Source of the DNA: Cyanobacteria bacterium P01_A01_bin.123
GTDB lineage: Bacteria > Cyanobacteriota > Cyanobacteriia > Phormidesmidales > Phormidesmidaceae
Reading direction: 5' to 3'
Length of the DNA stretch: 64,000 nt
Assembly: GCA_039815185.1 (NCBI GenBank)
Contig: JBCBZT010000005.1
Location: 64,001 to 128,000 of the forward strand
Part shown: in pieces, positions 9,055 through 17,999 of the stretch
Numbering within the stretch: the first letter of the stretch is position 1
Layout of the letters: each line of letters starts with the position of its first letter
Program-made: the position numbers and the translations under genes
Notes under the pieces: model-generated
The model's input: only the letters and a program-made list of their open reading frames with translations
Databases searched by the model: none
Told to the model about the DNA's origin: nothing

Positions 9055-10296
9055 TCACCATGCTTGAACTAGTCCGGAACCTTGTCGTGCCTGATTGTCA
9101 AGAGATTTGCATCTCGAACAAAGCATTTCTTTTAGTTCGTCTAGTTGCAATTGAGGGTTTTCCCCTAATATCAAGGCTGCTATACCGGAAACAATAGCCG
9201 TTGCCATAGATGTTCCCGTCTCGGCTTCATAATTTCCATTTGGAACACAAGAGAAGATTTCAAAGCCAGGAGCAACCAAGGAAGGGATTTCACATCTTCC
9301 GTGATTATCTAAAGTGTACGTGCCGCCGCCGCTGAACCCAGCTACTTTATTTTTTTTGTCGGTTGCACCCACAGAAAGAACTTCAGGATAGATTGCAGGA
9401 CTCTTAATAGTACTTGCACCATCATTTCCTACTGCAGAGACTAAAAGAACACCGGATGCTGCGACGCTCGCTACTATATCTTCCAGCGCCCCGCCATCGT
9501 CCTCAATTTCGATGCCTGCTGATACATTGACGATGCTGACTTCTGGTTTCGTACAAACGTGGTCTAATGCTCGAATCAGTCGCACTAGAGATCCCTTACC
9601 CCTAGGAAGCACAACGCAACTTAGTAACGAAGCATTTTTAGCGATACCAGTTTTACTACCGCAGATTAATCCCGCAATATGTGTGCCATGTTTATGAGTA
9701 TCTCTGGAGTATTTTTGTCGATTGAAATTTAGGCTCTCACCATCAAACTCATACGCTGATATGGTTGTATTGCGAAAGTCTTCATGCCTTGAGTCTATAC
9801 CAGTATCAATGACCGCCACTGTAACATCAGCGCCGAATTGACTGTTTCTATGAAGCCTCAATGTGTCATAGCCAATCTCTCTGAGATGCCATAAATGACT
9901 CTCATCGACTTGTTCTGTATATCGTGGATTTCTGGTCTTTAGCGAGTTAGGGTATATTGCCGCTGACTCTGGAGATATTAGCCTTATAGGCTGGTCGCGG
10001 ACAATTTTCAGCCCCGTTAAATCTTTTTGGATTTTTTCAACTTCGTCTTCTGGTAAGTCGAGGATACTGGCACCAGTAACGCTTGGATCCATTGGGCCTT
10101 TTATTACTTCTAATCTATGCTCTTGCTTAGCTTCCGAAAGCCACGCCTGCAATTCCACCTGATGTGGTTCTTCGCGATTTAGCTGAATAATACGCTCTAC
10201 CTGCTTTCGTCTACTAGTTGGATCCAGTCCAATTGAATCAAAGCTAAGGGGATGGACAGATGAAGCTTCTTCAGGACGAACAATATATATTGCCAC
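9055..10296 (-). CDS. S8 family serine peptidase (subtilase), no signal peptide
   Basis: Complete triad VAVIDTG / HGTHIAG / GTSMA and oxyanion AVGND. The ~110-aa prodomain ends IVRDQPIRL. GTG start; the stop lies 3 nt before the NACHT ATG. Confidence 0.95.
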   Translation of the reverse strand: MAIYIVRPEEASSVHPLSFDSIGLDPTSRRKQVERIIQLNREEPHQVELQAWLSEAKQEHRLEVIKGPMDPSVTGASILDLPEDEVEKIQKDLTGLKIVRDQPIRLISPESAAIYPNSLKTRNPRYTEQVDESHLWHLREIGYDTLRLHRNSQFGADVTVAVIDTGIDSRHEDFRNTTISAYEFDGESLNFNRQKYSRDTHKHGTHIAGLICGSKTGIAKNASLLSCVVLPRGKGSLVRLIRALDHVCTKPEVSIVNVSAGIEIEDDGGALEDIVASVAASGVLLVSAVGNDGASTIKSPAIYPEVLSVGATDKKNKVAGFSGGGTYTLDNHGRCEIPSLVAPGFEIFSCVPNGNYEAETGTSMATAIVSGIAALILGENPQLQLDELKEMLCSRCKSLDNQARQGSGLVQAW

Positions 10297-10301
10297 GGTA
10301 G

Positions 10302-10347
10302 ATCAGAGAGATAATATACTACAAATCAGAGAGATAACATACTACAA
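10302..10347. repeat. 23-bp tandem duplication ATCAGAGAGATAA(T/C)ATACTACAA x2 just upstream of the S8 start
   Basis: Read directly at 10302-10324 and 10325-10347, one mismatch. Confidence 0.9.
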
Positions 10348-10542
10348 ATCAATATATTGAGATGCATGCCTTTGTCTAGTCCAGTAGATACCTATACATG
10401 CTTTGCGCCAAAAGCATACGCATACCTCTTTACCTGAAAAGATCGAAGACAACCCACAATCTATGAGTTTCCCATATAGTACAGATACTATTTTCAACTT
10501 ACAAGGATATATATTTCAATACATCGTAGAGAACTTTGATTA

Positions 10543-11034
10543 TCAGCATTTTCTCTGCTGGCGAATCCAGCGGGTTAAGTGTAACCCTAAGAAATAACTA
10601 ACAACGGCACAAAATAGCCCCATTACAAAACATCCCAAAAACAGGGTGATGGTAATATCAGCGCCCATGCTCATCCAAGATTTCAGGGCATCTACATCTT
10701 CAAAAGCATTAGCTTGAGCCTGATTGCCCAAGATCAGCCGCCCCACCCGATAATTAAAAAAGTAGATCGGTACATAGGTAAACGGATTGCTGATCCAGGT
10801 GGCGGCAGCAGCCATAATTTTGTTGCCCCGAATCACCGCAGCAATGACAACTCCAATGATGGTTTGCAAACCAAACAGCGGGAAAAGCCCAGCAAAAACG
10901 CCTGCAGCAATGCCCCGGGAAATTTCTTGCGGGCTGCCACGCATCCTGACAAAGCGCAGGTAAAAATAGCGTAAGCGACGCCGCCAGCGCTTTTGGGGAG
11001 AGTAGGATTTAAGATGCTGGCGTGGGTGAGTCAC
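10543..11034 (-). CDS. DUF2062 family membrane protein
   Basis: SPQEISRGIAAGVFAGLFPLFGLQT and WISNPFTYVPIY motifs. Confidence 0.85.
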   Translation of the reverse strand: MTHPRQHLKSYSPQKRWRRRLRYFYLRFVRMRGSPQEISRGIAAGVFAGLFPLFGLQTIIGVVIAAVIRGNKIMAAAATWISNPFTYVPIYFFNYRVGRLILGNQAQANAFEDVDALKSWMSMGADITITLFLGCFVMGLFCAVVSYFLGLHLTRWIRQQRKC

Positions 11035-11225
11035 TCAAGGGCTCCCGTAATTGACCAAACTCTATTCTAAAGGGCGACCTCCGCCAGGGTTGGAAAACTC
11101 ATTTAGACTCATTTCAACTGAATCAAGGTTCAGCATCGCTTCACAATAGGTTCACAATGATAAGGGTTGCCTTTGTGTCAACGTTGGCCTGCTAGGCTGG
11201 AAAATCGAGGATTGTTGAGCCGTCC

Positions 11226-12656
11226 GTGACCGTCAATTCTAAAACCGTAAAACTTAAAACGACAAACGCTGCTGCCTCCATTGTGCAGGGCGAAACGATT
11301 GCCGCGATCGCGACCGCAGTGGTTCCCCAACAAGGTAGCGTGGGAATCGTACGGCTTTCTGGCGTAGACGCGATCGCCATTGGTAAAACCCTGTTTCAGG
11401 CACCGGGCAATCAACCCTGGGAGTCCCACCGGATTCTCTATGGCTTTGTGCGTCATCCCCAAACCCAGGCAACGGTTGATGAAGCATTGCTACTCCTAAT
11501 GCGATCGCCCCGGTCTTATACCAAAGAAGATGTGGTGGAGTTCCACTGCCATGGGGGCATCATGGCGGTACAGCAGGTGTTGCAGTTGTGTGTGGCCCAG
11601 GGGGCACGGCTGGCAGAGCCGGGGGAATTTACGCTGCGTGCCTTTCTTAACGGCCGGCTAGATCTGACTCAAGCCGAAGGCATTGCTGATTTGGTCGGGG
11701 CGCGATCGCCCCAAGCCGCCCAAATAGCCCTAGCAGGGGTGCAGGGTAAGTTAGCGGGTGCGATTCGTCATTTTCGGGCCACTTGCTTGGACATTTTGGC
11801 AGAGGTAGAAGCCCGAATCGATTTCGAAGATGACCTACCGCCTTTGGATGAAGCAGCTGTTCAGCACCAGCTCAACGCCGTCTTCGCTCAGGTGAATCAG
11901 ATTCTGGCTACTGCCCATCAGGGGGAACTGCTGCGTGCTGGCATCAAAGTCGCCATTGTGGGGCGTCCCAATGTGGGCAAGTCCAGCTTGTTGAATGCCT
12001 GGAGCCGCAGCGATCGCGCCATTGTCACTGACCTCCCCGGCACCACCCGCGACGTCGTCGAATCTCAGTTGGTCGTGGGCGGGATTCCGGTGCAGGTGCT
12101 TGACACCGCAGGCATTCGTGATGCTACCGACCGGGTGGAAAAGTTAGGGATTGAGCGATCCCAAGCGGCGGCTCAGGCCGCAGATTTGGTGCTGTTGGTG
12201 ACTGATGCTCAAGCAGGCTGGACGGTAGAAGATGGGCTGCTTTATGAGCAGGTGAAGGGGCGTCCGCTGATTCTCGTGCTAAATAAAGTGGATTTAGTTG
12301 CGGGGGATGTCAGTGCAGAGGTTCTGCCTGGAATCGGTCTGCCCATGGTTTACACGGCTGCTGCCCAGAACCAAGGCATAGTGGATTTGGAAGCAACCAT
12401 TTTGCAGACCATCCAAACTGACAATCTCGTTGCCGCCAATACTGATCTAGCCATCAACCAGCGCCAAGCTGCTGCCCTGACTCGCGCCCAAGTCGCCCTG
12501 ACTCAAGTGCAGCAAACTTTGCAAAATTCCTTGCCCCTGGATTTCTGGACGATTGATTTACGTATCGCCATCCAAGCGCTGGGGGAAATCACCGGAGAAG
12601 ATCTGACTGAATCGATGCTGGGACAAATCTTTAGTCGGTTTTGTATTGGGAAATAA
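11226..12656 (+). CDS. mnmE: tRNA modification GTPase MnmE (TrmE)
   Basis: [24 protein letters not shown]1 [23 protein letters not shown] and C-terminal FSRFCIGK. Exact start uncertain. Confidence 0.98.
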   Translation: MTVNSKTVKLKTTNAAASIVQGETIAAIATAVVPQQGSVGIVRLSGVDAIAIGKTLFQAPGNQPWESHRILYGFVRHPQTQATVDEALLLLMRSPRSYTKEDVVEFHCHGGIMAVQQVLQLCVAQGARLAEPGEFTLRAFLNGRLDLTQAEGIADLVGARSPQAAQIALAGVQGKLAGAIRHFRATCLDILAEVEARIDFEDDLPPLDEAAVQHQLNAVFAQVNQILATAHQGELLRAGIKVAIVGRPNVGKSSLLNAWSRSDRAIVTDLPGTTRDVVESQLVVGGIPVQVLDTAGIRDATDRVEKLGIERSQAAAQAADLVLLVTDAQAGWTVEDGLLYEQVKGRPLILVLNKVDLVAGDVSAEVLPGIGLPMVYTAAAQNQGIVDLEATILQTIQTDNLVAANTDLAINQRQAAALTRAQVALTQVQQTLQNSLPLDFWTIDLRIAIQALGEITGEDLTESMLGQIFSRFCIGK

Positions 12657-12665
12657 CCCTGCCCC

Positions 12666-14417
12666 ATGAAATTATTGCCCCTCAGAAAATCTGTCTCCGA
12701 CGCCTTGGTGGCGCAACCCTACCATTGGCCCACAGGGCTATTGATGTTCGGTAGCGGTCTGGTCATGGGCCTGGCACCAGCCCCGCTCAATCTTTGGCCC
12801 CTGGCTTGGCTCGCGATCGCGCCCTTGTGGTTCCTCCGCCTGCAAACCCTGCCGTCTTCCAAGCCTTTTGCCTTAAAACCCCTACTCTATCCCTTACTCT
12901 GGGGGCTAGGTTATCACGGCTTTGCCCTGGCTTGGATTACTCACCTCCATCCGCTGATGTGGATGGGCATTCCCTGGTTAGGTAGCATCGCGATCGCGCT
13001 GTTTGCCTGGGTATTTATTACGCTTTGGGGCGCAGCGTTAGTGGTGATTTGGTTTGGGGTATGTGGTTGGGCTTGGGGAATTCAGAGAGGAAGGAAGATA
13101 GAGGAGAGAGGAGAAGAAGTTAAGAGTCAGAATTCAAAATTCAAAATTCAAAATCCAAAATTCAAAATTCAAAATTGGCAAGAAAAAGAAGATTCTGCTC
13201 GGATGACGTACAGCCTTATCTATCGGCTGATCACGGCGATGGCGCTCTGGTGTGCGTTGGAAACGATCTGGAGCTGGGGTCCACTGTATTGGACTTCGAT
13301 TTCTTATACGCAGAGTCCGGGTAATCTGTGGCTGTTGCAGTGGGGCAAGGTGTCTGGGCAGTTTGGGATTAGTGCTGTGTTGATGCTGAGCAATGGATTG
13401 CTGGCGGAAACCTGGGCATTGCGGTGGCGTTTTCCAGGCGACTCTAATATTTGGCGACGCGGGGCGGTCGCACTGGTGGCTTTTTTCATTGCGGCCCACG
13501 GGATTGGGTGGGGAATGCAGCAGGGGGCGATCGCTGATAATCCAGATCAAAAGCTCACCATTGGTTTGATTCAGGGCAACATTCCGACTCGCATTAAGCT
13601 GACGCCAGCAGGGGAGCGGCAAGCGATCGAGCGGTATACCCAGGGCTATGAAACTTTAGCGGATCAAGGCGTAGACGCAGTAGTCACACCAGAAGCGGCG
13701 CTGCCTATTTTGTGGCAGCGGGCTAAGTCCCAAAATCCCCTGTATCGAGCGGTGCGTAATCGGGGGGTGCCGTTGTGGTTAGGGACTTTCGCAATTGCAT
13801 CCGATCAACCCTCAACCTCAAGTTGGTCGCCGCCGTTGACCCAAAGTCTGCTATCGATTGATGGCAATGGAGAGACCATAGGCCGCTATAACAAAGTGAA
13901 GCTGGTGCCTCTGGGGGAATATATCCCCTTTGAGCGTGTTCTGGGAGCGCTGATTCAGCGATTGTCTTCGATGAGCGGCAGCTTAGTGCCGGGTGAGCCG
14001 ACCCAGGTGTTTGCGACCCCTTTGGGTAATGTTGTTGTCGGCATTTGCTATGAATCGGCCTATGGAGAAGTGTTTCGACGACAAACGGCTCAAGGGGGCC
14101 AGTTGATTGTGACCTCGTCTAATAATGATCCGTATCCGCCGTCGATGTTGATGCAACATCACGCTCAGGATGTGATGCGGGCGGTGGAAAGCGATCGCTG
14201 GTCGGTGCGCGTGACGAATACGGGTATTTCAGGGTTGGTGGATGCTCAGGGGCATACGCACTGGCTGGCGCAACCGGATGAGTATGTGACCTATGCGGCT
14301 ACGGTGTATCTTCGTCAAGGTCAAACGCTGTATGTGCGGTGGGGGAATTGGTTGACTTGGGTACTGGTCGCGATCGCGGTTGGTTTTGCTTTAATAACGA
14401 GAGGCTATGCTAGATAA
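12666..14417 (+). CDS. lnt: Apolipoprotein N-acyltransferase
   Basis: Multiple TM helices, QGNIP, nitrilase-fold triad PEAA / YNKVKLVPLGEY / GICYES, NTGISG. Confidence 0.95.
   Translation: MKLLPLRKSVSDALVAQPYHWPTGLLMFGSGLVMGLAPAPLNLWPLAWLAIAPLWFLRLQTLPSSKPFALKPLLYPLLWGLGYHGFALAWITHLHPLMWMGIPWLGSIAIALFAWVFITLWGAALVVIWFGVCGWAWGIQRGRKIEERGEEVKSQNSKFKIQNPKFKIQNWQEKEDSARMTYSLIYRLITAMALWCALETIWSWGPLYWTSISYTQSPGNLWLLQWGKVSGQFGISAVLMLSNGLLAETWALRWRFPGDSNIWRRGAVALVAFFIAAHGIGWGMQQGAIADNPDQKLTIGLIQGNIPTRIKLTPAGERQAIERYTQGYETLADQGVDAVVTPEAALPILWQRAKSQNPLYRAVRNRGVPLWLGTFAIASDQPSTSSWSPPLTQSLLSIDGNGETIGRYNKVKLVPLGEYIPFERVLGALIQRLSSMSGSLVPGEPTQVFATPLGNVVVGICYESAYGEVFRRQTAQGGQLIVTSSNNDPYPPSMLMQHHAQDVMRAVESDRWSVRVTNTGISGLVDAQGHTHWLAQPDEYVTYAATVYLRQGQTLYVRWGNWLTWVLVAIAVGFALITRGYAR
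13128..13176 (+). repeat. STRR-type heptamer array (CAAAATT)x7 inside lnt, preceded by a purine-rich tract
   Basis: CAGAATT CAAAATT CAAAATT CAAAATC CAAAATT CAAAATT CAAAATT; encodes QNSKFKIQNPKFKIQN. Confidence 0.9.
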
Positions 14418-14440
14418 GAAAGCGAAAGCACGCATCATCA

Positions 14441-14494
14441 ATGCATTTGATTTCAATTCGGAAACTTCGTGCTAATAATGACTCTTACTTTTGA
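14441..14494 (+). pseudogene. higB: higB-like toxin remnant (internal deletion)
   Basis: 17-codon ORF MHLISIRKLRANNDSYF*. The start matches cyanobacterial HigB N-termini, and the NDSYF* end overlaps the downstream MTLTF start as in intact higBA pairs. Confidence 0.7.
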
Positions 14495-14879
14495 CTCAGC
14501 AGTCTATAACGATTTACTTGTAGAGGTGACTCCAAAGGTTATTGAAACTGAACCAGAGTATGAGCGAACTTTGGCGATTGTGGAGGAGCTAACCTTCAAC
14601 CAGAATCGGACGCCAGAGCAAGTTGCACTACACAAACTATTGGTGATGTTGGTTGAGGCTTATGAAATAGAGAATTATCCAGTAGCACAGCCCTCACCTG
14701 GCGAGATTTTACGCCACATTATGGAGGCTAGTGGAACTCGTCATGTTGATTTGGTGGGAATTCTTGGTTCTAGTGATGTTGTGTCAGATATTGTGGATGG
14801 TAAAAGAGAAGTCAGTGAAACTCAGGCTCAAATTTTAGCTGATTTTTTTAAGACATCACCGAGTTTATTTAGTCGTTAG
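14478..14879 (+). CDS. higA: HigA-like antitoxin / HTH transcriptional regulator
   Basis: MTLTF...PKVIETE.EYE..L...LL..LVE.YE...YP, followed by HTH (LRHIMEASG...DLV.ILGSS.VVS.IV.GKR..S..QA..LA.FF). Likely start ATG 14478. Confidence 0.8.
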   Translation: MTLTFDSAVYNDLLVEVTPKVIETEPEYERTLAIVEELTFNQNRTPEQVALHKLLVMLVEAYEIENYPVAQPSPGEILRHIMEASGTRHVDLVGILGSSDVVSDIVDGKREVSETQAQILADFFKTSPSLFSR

Positions 14880-15066
14880 ATTTAGATGATATCAATAAGG
14901 AGCTGATATTGACAATCTCGACGCCAATTAGCTTACCAGCTTCATTGAATTCGGCTGTAATGTTAGGGGAAATTTCTACACTCGCGGTTTCGGCTCCATC
15001 AGAGATAGCCAGGTGTAAAATATCTTCTTTCTCAAAATAATTCAGTTTCACATTTTTGCTGGTCAT
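14869..15066 (-). CDS. DUF2283 family protein
   Basis: KLNYF..EDILHL.IS......SVEISPNITAEFN..GKLIGVEI pattern. Likely start ATG 15066. Confidence 0.75.
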   Translation of the reverse strand: MTSKNVKLNYFEKEDILHLAISDGAETASVEISPNITAEFNEAGKLIGVEIVNISSLLISSKSND

Positions 15067-15092
15067 CAATGTTGGTGACAAGTTGGTGACAA

Positions 15093-17699
15093 TTAATTGA
15101 TCTGGGGAGGCTGAGGTTTGAGCTGGCGTAGGCTCAAGGCTGACTCTAGGAAGCCCTTCATTTCTTGAGCATGGGGATAGTTAGGGAAAATGGTTAACAG
15201 ATCTTGTAAATCTTGGATGGCTCCTTTGAGAAAAAGGACAGGCGCTTCTCGAGAAAGAGCTTCTTGATAAAAGTGCTTTCCTTTGTCGAGCTTACGCGAG
15301 ACTAAATGATAAAGAGCCAGATTAAATGTATGGCGATGATTATTGGGGACTTTCTCATGATTTTTCTGAGCAATTTGAATGGCTTGAGTTAAATGGGCTT
15401 TGGTGCTTTCTATCTGTTTTAGACCTAGATAAGCTAGGGCTTGTCTGTAGTAGTCCCAATCATTGTTTGTATCCATTGAGGCTTTGAAGTCTAGAAGCGC
15501 TTCATCATATTGGCGTAATAGCAAATAGACCTCGCCGCGATTTGCAGCTGCCCGTTTATACTCAGCATCCAACTCAATAGCTCGATTAAAATCTTGTAGA
15601 GCTTCTTTATAAGACTTTATAGAGTGATAAGTTCGACCACGTCCTGTGATCGCCCACTTATCCTCAGGATCTAGTTCAATGGCACGGTTAAAGTCTTCCA
15701 ATGCCTCCTCGTAGGATTCTAAAAATCGATAGATTGAACCACGTTGTGCAATCGCCCACTTATATTCAGGATCTAGTTCAATAGCACAATTGAGGTCTGT
15801 CAGTGCTTCCTCATAGCGCTCCATAAAACGATAGGTTATACCACGATGTGCGATCGCCCACTTATCTTCAGAATTCAATTCAATAGCTCGACTGAAGTCT
15901 GTCAGTGCTTCCTCATAACGCTCCATAAAACGATAGGTTATACCACGATGTGCGATCGCCCACTGATACTCAGGTTCAAGTCCAACGGCACAATTAAAAT
16001 CTTGAAGTGCTTTTTCATGCGCTGACATTAGCCGATAAACGTTACCCCGCCAAGAATAAATGATTGAATATTTCTCCGCTTTAACAACCTCTGCATTCAA
16101 AAGATCGGTCAACACTGTTACCGTTTCTCCATAGCCATCATCTTCATAAGCTTGAAGCCCCTTCATCAGACGCTTACCCCAATCACATAAGGCTTTAACC
16201 TCGAGCTCTTGACCTGCTTGCAACATCACAGCAGCCCACTGCTGGGCAAAGTCGCTATTTTGTTTCAGCGCATCTAGAAACTGATTGAGTGCAACGGCAA
16301 GTTTCTGTTGGGGGTGACTACATAGCTGATGATATAGCCGTCGCAGCGCATAGCTTTGCCAAGTCGCATCGGCATAGCGAACCTTATCATCCTCTAAATC
16401 AAGCTGTTGAGCGCAGCCGTCATAATACGCCGCCAACACCCCATGCTTCTCAGCCCAACTTTTCGCAGACTCGCGCTGCTGATAACGCAACATCTGAGGC
16501 CGCACCACATCGTGATATGCCCAACCATCACTACGCTCACCTACAAAGGGCATGGTTTTGAGCCAGCCATACAAAGCATCAACATCGGTCTCCTCATCTA
16601 CTAGCTGAGCAACCACATCCCGATTCAAGCTTTGAGGTAAGGCCGCATCCAAAGCCAACTGCCGTTTGGCCGGATCCTCTACCCACTTCAGGAAGCGCTC
16701 CACTGCCGTACCGCTCGCTTCCCCCACCTGCACCGGATCATTTGGCGAACTCTCTGCCAAAATCGCCAGCAGCAAGGGCAACCGCCCCGACACATCCAAA
16801 ATCGTGCTGATCACCTCTGCATTGGTTACCCCTTTACGCTGCAAAAACTGAGTTGCCTCTTCTGCCGTAAACGGTTCCAAGGGAAACTGCACTGGGTCAT
16901 ATCCCGACCAATCATTGGGATTCAAGCGATCGCGTCCGGCAATCACCCAGATGCAGTTGGGCGGCAAAACGCCATGGCGTTCTGCCAAAATATCTAGCAG
17001 CCAGGGCTCGACCACCTCACCCGTGCGCTCATAGGTGTCAAACAGCAACACCATTTGCCGATCGGCAATGGTTTCTAGCCCTTCTAAAAACAGCGGAGTC
17101 AAGACACCAAGTGGTTCATTCACCAATTGAATCTCATCTTTATTCTTCAGCTTTCGGCTGACAAACGTTGCCCATTCCCCAGCCCCCTCCACCAAGCCCT
17201 CTTCATCGACAAAATCCAGGGCGGCACCCGCAATCGGCACTTGCCGTCCTAACTTTAGCCCAACCTTTGTGACCGTTTTGCCCACAAAGGCAGAAAATCC
17301 CTGGGGAGCCTCTGGATCGGTTTCTAACTCCTCACGCTTGTGGCGATAAACCTTATAGCGCTCACTAAACTTGGCTAGCGGCTGTCCCTGATCTGCCAGC
17401 TGTTTGGCAAATGCAGCCATGACCTCTGGCACGGTGGTAATTGCCTCATCAATTCGCGCCACGACATGCTGATGCCCTTTAGCAATTGCTTCAAACTGGC
17501 GTAGCAGGGTTGTTTTACCCACGCCGCCCTGTCCCCAAATATTGAAGAGAAATGCACCGGGATAGGCAAAGCCATCCACTATTTGCAAATGGGTCAGGTT
17601 GTGTTGAAACGTTTCCAACTGCTCAACCCGACCGACAAAGGCCGAACGCTGCTGAGCACGAATCAGATCTTGGCGGCTAGGACGCTTTTTGGGGGGCAT
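15093..17699 (-). CDS. STAND-type ATPase with C-terminal TPR repeats
   Basis: FVGR, Walker A GQGGVGKTT, Walker B LLFDTYE, GRLPL, and about 7 34-aa TPR units (WAIAHRGITYRFMERYEEALTDF.RAIEL). Confidence 0.9.
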   Translation of the reverse strand: MPPKKRPSRQDLIRAQQRSAFVGRVEQLETFQHNLTHLQIVDGFAYPGAFLFNIWGQGGVGKTTLLRQFEAIAKGHQHVVARIDEAITTVPEVMAAFAKQLADQGQPLAKFSERYKVYRHKREELETDPEAPQGFSAFVGKTVTKVGLKLGRQVPIAGAALDFVDEEGLVEGAGEWATFVSRKLKNKDEIQLVNEPLGVLTPLFLEGLETIADRQMVLLFDTYERTGEVVEPWLLDILAERHGVLPPNCIWVIAGRDRLNPNDWSGYDPVQFPLEPFTAEEATQFLQRKGVTNAEVISTILDVSGRLPLLLAILAESSPNDPVQVGEASGTAVERFLKWVEDPAKRQLALDAALPQSLNRDVVAQLVDEETDVDALYGWLKTMPFVGERSDGWAYHDVVRPQMLRYQQRESAKSWAEKHGVLAAYYDGCAQQLDLEDDKVRYADATWQSYALRRLYHQLCSHPQQKLAVALNQFLDALKQNSDFAQQWAAVMLQAGQELEVKALCDWGKRLMKGLQAYEDDGYGETVTVLTDLLNAEVVKAEKYSIIYSWRGNVYRLMSAHEKALQDFNCAVGLEPEYQWAIAHRGITYRFMERYEEALTDFSRAIELNSEDKWAIAHRGITYRFMERYEEALTDLNCAIELDPEYKWAIAQRGSIYRFLESYEEALEDFNRAIELDPEDKWAITGRGRTYHSIKSYKEALQDFNRAIELDAEYKRAAANRGEVYLLLRQYDEALLDFKASMDTNNDWDYYRQALAYLGLKQIESTKAHLTQAIQIAQKNHEKVPNNHRHTFNLALYHLVSRKLDKGKHFYQEALSREAPVLFLKGAIQDLQDLLTIFPNYPHAQEMKGFLESALSLRQLKPQPPQIN

Positions 17700-17999
17700 A
17701 CCCAGAGTGAGACGATTTTCTCAGGGAACTTTGCCATATTCTGACAAAGTAATCCGGTTAGGTCACTAGCGTCGCCAATCGGCCCAGGATTTCGTCTATA
17801 TATTGGGATGACCTAGACCAATTTCTTTGGGAAAATTATTGACAATGTGATCTGATTTGATACATTCTTGCTATCTTTCGTTAGAACTATAGCTGGGTGC
17901 GATCGCCGGGTGCGGTCTAATCAAGCAATTTGTGGTGATTTGAGGAACTGCTGTGGTTCGTAGCCATCCCAGTCGGCCCGCAGCTTACGAACAGGTGTC

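Noticed and set aside
6358..10296. Calling the S8/NTPase pair IetAS or a known Avs type
   Set aside because: The NTPase has NACHT motifs rather than a classical AAA+ IetA, and it has no fused nuclease/protease effector or TPR sensor as in described Avs proteins.
11127..11160. TTCACAAT direct repeats at 11-bp spacing between DUF2062 and mnmE
   Set aside because: Could be a response-regulator site, but there are only two good copies and no assignable consensus.
13134..13622. 162-aa minus ORF ending ILNFEFWILNFEF
   Set aside because: Antisense to lnt; the tail is simply the reverse STRR repeat.
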